Source: Octopus bimaculoides
Lineage: Eukaryota
DNA: 46,863 nucleotides
Direction of reading: 5' to 3'
NCBI RefSeq assembly: GCF_001194135.2
Contig: NC_068983.1
Location: 140,198,524-140,245,386 of the forward strand
This document shows, piece after piece, positions 40,383-46,863 of this stretch. Within the stretch, counting starts at the first letter, position 1; every line of letters starts with the position of its first letter. A program made the translations under genes and the position numbers. The notes under the pieces were generated by a model that was given only the letters and a program-made list of their open reading frames with translations, had not been told where the DNA came from and did not search any database.

Positions 40383-40547
40383 ACGGGATTCTTTTCAGTT
40401 TCCGTCAACCAAATCCACTCACAAGCCTTTGGTCAGGCCCGAGTCTATAGTAGCAGACACTTGCCCAATGTGCCATGCAGTTGGACTGAACCCTGAACCA
40501 TGTGCTTGGTAAGTAAGCTGCTTACCACACAGCCACTCCTGCACCTA
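40005..40547 (-). mobile_element. Full-length SINE (second family) with internal (TA)(TG) microsatellite and gap
   Basis: The head (minus) is ATAGGTGCAGGAGTGGCTGTGTGGTAAG...GGTTCAGGGTTCAGTCC and the 3' end is ...GCATGGCCGCAGTCAAAGGTCTGAAACAAATAAAAGAGTAAAAGAGTA. It is homologous to 7700-7808 and 21738-21825. Confidence 0.9.
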
Positions 40548-40589
40548 TGTTTATAATATGCCGTTATTATTCTTAATCATCTTATTACT

Positions 40590-40822
40590 ATTTTCAAAAT
40601 ACATTGCTTTCAAATCTTGGCACAAAGCTAGCAATTTCTGTTGGGCGGGAGGGGGGTATAAGTCGATTACATCGACCAAAGTACTCAACAAGTACTTATT
40701 TTATCACACTCGAATGGATGCGAGGCAAAGTCAACTCCGGCGGAATTTGAACTCAGAATGTAAAGATGGACGAAATGCCGCTAAACGTTTTGTCCGGCGA
40801 GCTAACGATTATGCTAACCCAC
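40590..40822 (-). mobile_element. tRNA-derived SINE, full length, moderately diverged
   Basis: AAGTCGATTACATCGACC...GGCAAAGTCAACTCCGGCGGAATTTGAACTCAGAATGTAAAGATGGACGAAATGCCGCTAAAC. Confidence 0.85.
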
Positions 40823-41573
40823 TACTCTATTATATGCAATATGTGAATAAAGTAGAGGAAGCAACTTTACAGGAAAAAATTGGTTAACAAGGAAATAAAC
40901 TCGGTTTGGAAATCCACCTCAAGAAATATTGATTGATATAAGGAAATATCTCAGCTTTAGGATATAGAATTTCCTATGAGATGAAGCGTATAGAAATGTT
41001 AGAATCAGCGTGTTCTAACAATTTGTAATGAACAAAGCCCACGGGAAAACTAGTCATAACTGTTGGGAGTTAATATTTCATTCTTCAATTTCATACTGCA
41101 GACATTGTTATAGGTATATGTAGAACCTTATAAACACGCACAATAGGAAATACAAGTGCGAAGACTGCATGTAACAACCGAAAATATTATCCAAGAATGT
41201 ACATTAGGCTGAGGTTGTGAGGTAGAAATGTAATGCTTGCGAATATTCTTTAAATATTTCTAATATAAAGACTATATTCGTGAGGGACAGATACAACATA
41301 AGTGAAACCACAAATATTATCTGAAAGCACAAAAAACAAAACAACAAAATATGTTGCAATTGCAATTCTATATGTTAGGTTATATTGAGAGTCTATGTTC
41401 CAAGTGTATTTGAAAAACGCATTTGTGAAATAAAGTAAAAGAGAATATAACCATATTCTGCAGCTGATAGGCATCTGATCGCTGAAACACACACACACAC
41501 ACACTCACACACATATAGACAAGCACGCACAAACACACGCACCCACACACACGCTCACAAACACACACAAAAA

Positions 41574-41608
<35 letters not shown>

Positions 41609-41791
41609 GGATAACTGGGCGTGTACAGACACATACACAGACATTGTATAGTCAAACGCACAGACGCATATACATATATGCATAAATATATGTATCTATA
41701 TTTTGATGTTATGTAACACACTCATGTATATATGTACAGGAGGACATTACATACACAGATTTAGATATAAACATTTATATATATGTATATA

Positions 41792-41908
<117 letters not shown>

Positions 41909-42344
41909 ATAAGTGGTTGCTTGCAGGATTTTATGAAGGTGCGTATATACTTGTGCTTCAAGAACAAAAATAAAAGAAAAGAAAAGAAACAAGTACGTAA
42001 TATCTTTTAATGCCATCAATCAATCTATTCACTCTGATGTCTTGGTTCCAATACATTTAGATAATGGAACTATCCAGGGAGGCATGTTGTCTGAGATTGA
42101 AAATCGCAAGTCGAATGAAAGAAGTTCTACTCACATGCACACACATACACATATACACACATACGCACATGAATATGCGTACACATGCATATACACACAT
42201 CCGTGTGTGTATATTTATATATATGTGAGCGTAATTCATCTATATACGTACCTAGATAGATATATTTTTGCTTCAATGTGTGCTGGCTTTGTGTGTACGT
42301 AAGTATATAAGTATATTTTTGTATATACATACATATATACATAC

Positions 42345-42381
<37 letters not shown>

Positions 42382-43213
42382 TATNNNNNNNNNNNNNNNN
42401 NNNNNNNNNNNNNNNNNNNNNNNNNNNNNNNNNNNNNNNNNNNNNNNNNNNNNNNNNNNNNNNNNNNNNNNNNNNNNNNNNNNNNNNNNNNNNNNNNNNN
42501 NNNNNNNNNNNNNNNNNNNNNNNNNNNNNTATATATATGTATAGATAGATAGATAGATAGATAGATATAGCTATACATATACATATGCATACTACATACA
42601 CTTACTGATACGTACAGTGATATATAGATTCATACACTCATGTGATTTCTTTTGCGAGAATATAGATATTTGGCAACTATATCAAGAAGTTCACTAATGC
42701 CAAAAGTTCGTGAACGTCAAATGGAATCTGAAAAAATTTATATCTACTAGTAGTAGGAAACGTTCCACTCATTGTTTTGCAACCTAGGTTAATTTTTCTA
42801 CATGGAAAACAGAATTTGTTCGAGGACACTTGTTACTGGTTTTCTCTAACATATCACTTGCTTGTCCATAAAGTCTTTCGTGTAATGTACTTTGAAATAT
42901 AGAATCACGCCATAATTATTGTTTTTTTTCTTTTTTAGGTCCATCGTGCCGTACTAATTTTCTCCAACGCAGATGAAAGTTTCTCCAACTATAATAATTT
43001 CGTAGTATTGCAAAACTGAGAATAAACAACACAGTTTCCTTGTTATGTCGTTATGCATTGTAGTAATTGTGATTTGGAGGTTATTTCTGTAATATCATGC
43101 AACTAGTTAAAGTAAAGATTATATACACCTAAGCGATCAAATCTGCCTAAAGTTTATCAATATGTCATTACTAATTATATTGCTTTTCAGTTTAATGAAA
43201 CAATTTTTCTCAC

Positions 43214-43261
43214 CTTGTGATGAATGGGTACTCTTACTACCGAAACTTTGCTGGTAGAATT
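43214..43261 (-). CDS. Candidate 48-nt symmetric exon; unverified
   Basis: TTTTCGTCACTTCTCAG|AATTC...CACAAG|GTGAGA; open in two frames. Confidence 0.15.
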
Positions 43262-44078
43262 CTGAGAAGTGACGAAAATCGGTTCCACTATAATCATATT
43301 CAAGAAAAGCAGCAATGGTTAGCACACAATAAATAGAAGTTCTTTCCCAAATAAGGTCTACACTTGAAAGAAGCTATATTTTGAATTTTGTGAGGCCTGA
43401 ATATTTTCCGTCTATCATGAAATGTTAAACCAAAATGGAGCAGTTAATTTATGGAATTATTATTGTAATTTGAACTCAGTGCACAACACTTTGCAGAAAA
43501 TGGCATTGATAGTTGGTCACTTGTAAAGGGATGTTTTATTACACAAGAAAATGAAGGACTACATATTGTTTGAGTGAGTGAAGCGCAGATAACGCTATTA
43601 AATAAGGAAGTTTTATCTAATTCTCTTTATTCGTATGGTCTTGTTCCACCCGTCAAATATCTTTTGAGACCATTGCAATATTATTTAGAGGGAAACAGGT
43701 TTATTAATTTTAAAGCGATTATTGTGTGTATCTTTATATCGATTTGAGTGTATCGAATCCTGAAGAATTTCACGTCTGAGGGATCAAGATGTTTCCAGAT
43801 AAATGAGATTTCGTTGTGGAAATTGAAGGGAAATATTACCATGGTTGAATATATCAATTTAAAAACGGAATAAACTGTTGATTCTCTCTCATCTTTATAA
43901 TGCGGCAGTACTTTCCTACCAAATTAAGATATAGTAATGGAGAGAGAGAGTGAAAAAGAGAAAGAAAGAGAGAGAGATAGAGAGAGAGAAAGAAAGCGAA
44001 AGAAATCGTTATACATCCATACAAGTGGTAATATAAAAGAAATAAAGGAAATTTAAAATACAAGGAGAATATATTTGC

Positions 44079-44206
44079 AGATTTATTTCAATTAAAATTA
44101 ACACACTTAACTGGTTTCTTATATGTATAATTTCCAAAATAGTAAGATTTGAAAATCATAAAAATTTAAACCGGTTAAGTGTATTAATTTAAATTTAAAT
44201 AAATCT
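44079..44206. repeat. AT-rich inverted repeat, 39-bp arms (35/39 matching), 50-nt partly paired spacer
   Basis: AGATTTATTTCAATTAAAATTAACACACTTAACTGGTTT (44079-44117) versus AAACCGGTTAAGTGTATTAATTTAAATTTAAATAAATCT (44168-44206). Confidence 0.8.
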
Positions 44207-44737
44207 TCATATTTATAATTTCTATAAATGTTAATCTTTATTTCTTATGCATATATATGTGCGTGCATATTTGTTTACGCTCTTCTGTGTGTCAGAATGT
44301 AAGTAAGTACGTATATGTGTGTTTGCGTTGTAAGTAAACAGACAGCGCCTGATGATGTTGAAAATTATTTCAGTTAACTGAATTTCTTCCTCTGGAAACT
44401 ATGTATGACAAGTTAACCAGTTTACAGGCCCGTGTAACTTATAGTATTCAAACCGAGTAAAATGTCACAATGTTGGTAAGGCATTGTAATTACTCCGGTA
44501 GAAGTTTGTAAGTACATTCCGTAACAAATGGTCTGACAATCCGAGGTGATTTGAAAAGGATATCTAACTCGCATACCAGACAGTGTTATCGAACCTAGAA
44601 CTTCGTGGTTTAGAGCAAAACTGTATGTTTACTATGTACGTACGTACTTACCTACCTACCTGCTTACTTACATAAATACATACTTATATACATAAATTAA
44701 ACACACATATCCATCTATCTATCATTATATACATATG

Positions 44738-44806
<69 letters not shown>

Positions 44807-44899
44807 GTTTGTGTGTAGAAGGTTGAAAAGGACCACACGAGTTGATATATATATATATATCTGGAAAAAATTCAAAGTAGATAATACTAAAATAATTAT

Positions 44900-46113
44900 A
44901 TACAAAAAACATTTCAGTACGGGTTTCAGTCATTGGTTTATAGCAGTGATTGGGACAGTTTCTAATGAATTCTTGAGTATCTCTTTTGGATGTATCAGTT
45001 TTAATATTTGCGTGTGTGTTTATTCTAAGTTCGAGGTGGACATGTCATTTGTTGTGGATGCGTTCAAAAGGGGTCTGTATTTTGTAATACAAAGAGAATC
45101 TTTACTAATTTGTTGCCTACAGGTTGTATCGTCCCTGAATTGATAGAGAGGAATATCCTGAAGCTTGGATTATTATTATTGGCGCAAATGTCGATGTGTT
45201 GGCTGAATGTTATATTTCTGTTTTTATAAATTTTGATCTGGGATCTGTGCAGAGCCATCTTTTGACGTAGACTGATTTTTGTTTGGCCTATGTATTGCGC
45301 TTGACAGCCAGAGCAGGTTAGTGCGTGTATCAGGTTCTCCGAAGCACATATGAAGCTACTTTTTATTGTGAAACGTTGTCCTTGTTTGAAGGAGAACACT
45401 GAACCCTCAATTAAATTGACACATATTCCACAGTTGGGTCTTCCGCATTGTTTTACTGACTGCTTTAGTGTTGTTGTTGAGCGTATTCAGGCTTGTGTTA
45501 GGAGACTTTTGCTAGATTTGAGCTGTCTGCTGCTTTTATGATGGTGTGTGTTTGGAGGATTATTTTCATTTTGTGGTCGTTTTTTTTAGCAGGGGAATAG
45601 CTTGAAGGATGGTGTCGAAGGCTTCATTGTTAAGAAGGTTGTGTGTGGAGATGTATGGTAGGGCTTTTGTTTATAGATCCTTCTTTGAATTGGGATGTCT
45701 GAGTTCTTGGATGTTGAGTTGTAGGGCACCTTGAAAGCATATGTCAGTTAGTGAAGATGAGTACTTCCTGGTGATGAGTGTATCCATTAGTTCATGTTGT
45801 CCTGTGTCCCCGGTGCTTGCATTAGAAACTATAGTACATATCCTTTTTGTCAGGTTGAAGGGGATATTTATGCTGGTGTGTCTGGGTGGCATGAGTTGAA
45901 CGTTAGATATTGCTTGGAGTCCGTGGGCTTATAGTATATATCTGTTTCTATTATGTTGTTAGATTTCTTTATGAGGATGTCGAGGAAGGGAAGTTGTTGA
46001 TGGCTATATTCCATCGTGAATAAAATGTTTACATCAAGTCCATTTATAAGTGCTTGAAATTCTTTAAGTGTCTCTATACTTTCATGCGAAAGAATGAACT
46101 GTCATACAGATCG
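44900..46113 (-). mobile_element. Penelope-like retroelement, 5'-truncated: RT C-terminal half, thumb, GIY-YIG endonuclease, 3' pLTR
   Basis: MEYSHQQLPFLDILIKK...TDIYYKPTDSKQYLTFNSCHP; NIPFNLTKRICTIVS; CASENLIHALTCSGCQAQYIGQTKISLRQKMALHRSQI; terminal KYRPLLN. Confidence 0.92.
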
Positions 46114-46330
46114 CTTTTGAATGCATCCACAACAAATGACATCCACCACGACCTTAAAATAAACACACACGCATATATTAGAAACGATATATTCAAAAGA
46201 GATATACACAAGAATTCATTAAGATCAGACCCAATCACTGCTATAATCCACAATGAGCCACTTTTAGATCACATGACCATTTAACATCCTATTACTATCC
46301 TACCATCCTGCATTCTCTTATTATTTTCTC
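46114..46330 (+). mobile_element. Inverted partial pLTR at the 5' truncation of the Penelope element
   Basis: 46114-46256 is the reverse complement of 44930-45070 (CTTTTGAATGCATCCACAACAAATGAC...CCCAATCACTGCTATAA). Confidence 0.85.
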
Positions 46331-46379
46331 CCCTTCTTCTTCTTCCCATCCGCCATTTCCTTTCTTACTTTACTACTAC

Positions 46380-46525
46380 TGATGTTTAGAATAACACAAA
46401 TGTTATAAAAAATACATTCAAAAGAGATATCTCAAGAATTCAATCACTACTTCAATCCTCAAGTCACTTTCAGTGTACTTCACAATTTAACATCCTACTA
46501 CTCTCAAAGCACTCCCGCATTATTT
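46380..46525 (+). mobile_element. Second, more diverged partial pLTR copy in tandem
   Basis: ATTCAAAAGAGATATCTCAAGAATTCAATCACT...ATTTAACATCCTACTACT...TTATTTTCT repeats 46190-46330. Confidence 0.65.
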
Positions 46526-46863
46526 TCTTCTTCTTCTTCTTCTTCTTCTTCTTTTTCTTCTTCTTCTTCTTCTTCTTCTTCTTCTTCACTTTCTTCTTTT
46601 TCTTCTCCCTCCTCTTCTTTTTCTTCTTCTTCTTCTCCTTCTTCTTCTTCTTCTTCTTCTTCTCCTTCTGCTTCTTCTTCTTCTTCTTCTTTTTCTTTCT
46701 TCTTCTTCTTCTTCTTCTTCTTCTTCTTCTTCTTCCTCCTCTTCTTTTTCTTCTTCTTCTTCTTTTTCTTCTTCCTCCTCTTCTTTTTCTTCTTCTTCTT
46801 CTTCTTCTTCTTCTTCTTCTTCTTTTTCTTCTTCTTCTTCTTCTTCTTCTTCTTCTTCTTCTT
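46526..46863. repeat. Long imperfect (CTT)n array running off the window
   Basis: Seen directly. Confidence 0.97.

Noticed and set aside
44349-44390. CTGATGA-TGTT-GAAA followed by a palindrome (hammerhead-like)
   Set aside because: Stem II cannot form and stem I does not pair with the downstream sequence.

Overview
AT-rich, microsatellite-dense animal genomic DNA with many N gaps. It is most likely an octopus (coleoid cephalopod), inferred from the tRNA-derived SINE families and the repeat landscape. No protein-coding gene or RNA gene could be identified with confidence; the window looks intronic or intergenic, with only weak candidate exons. Recognisable content is mostly transposon-derived: a ~960-bp foldback element, two smaller hairpin elements, two mariner relics, three Penelope-like (RT/GIY-YIG) relics, about ten SINE copies, a TIR-like element carrying telomere-type (CCCTAA)n repeats, and a cluster of three R4/Dong-like REL-endonuclease LINEs at 24.5-27.6 kb. 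The best-supported unusual observations concern that cluster. One copy has a 5'-inverted, twin-priming-like structure, and the copies share a 3'-UTR stem-loop with compensatory base changes. I found no evidence for a wholly new multi-gene system. All family assignments are from motif recognition by eye; no searches were run.
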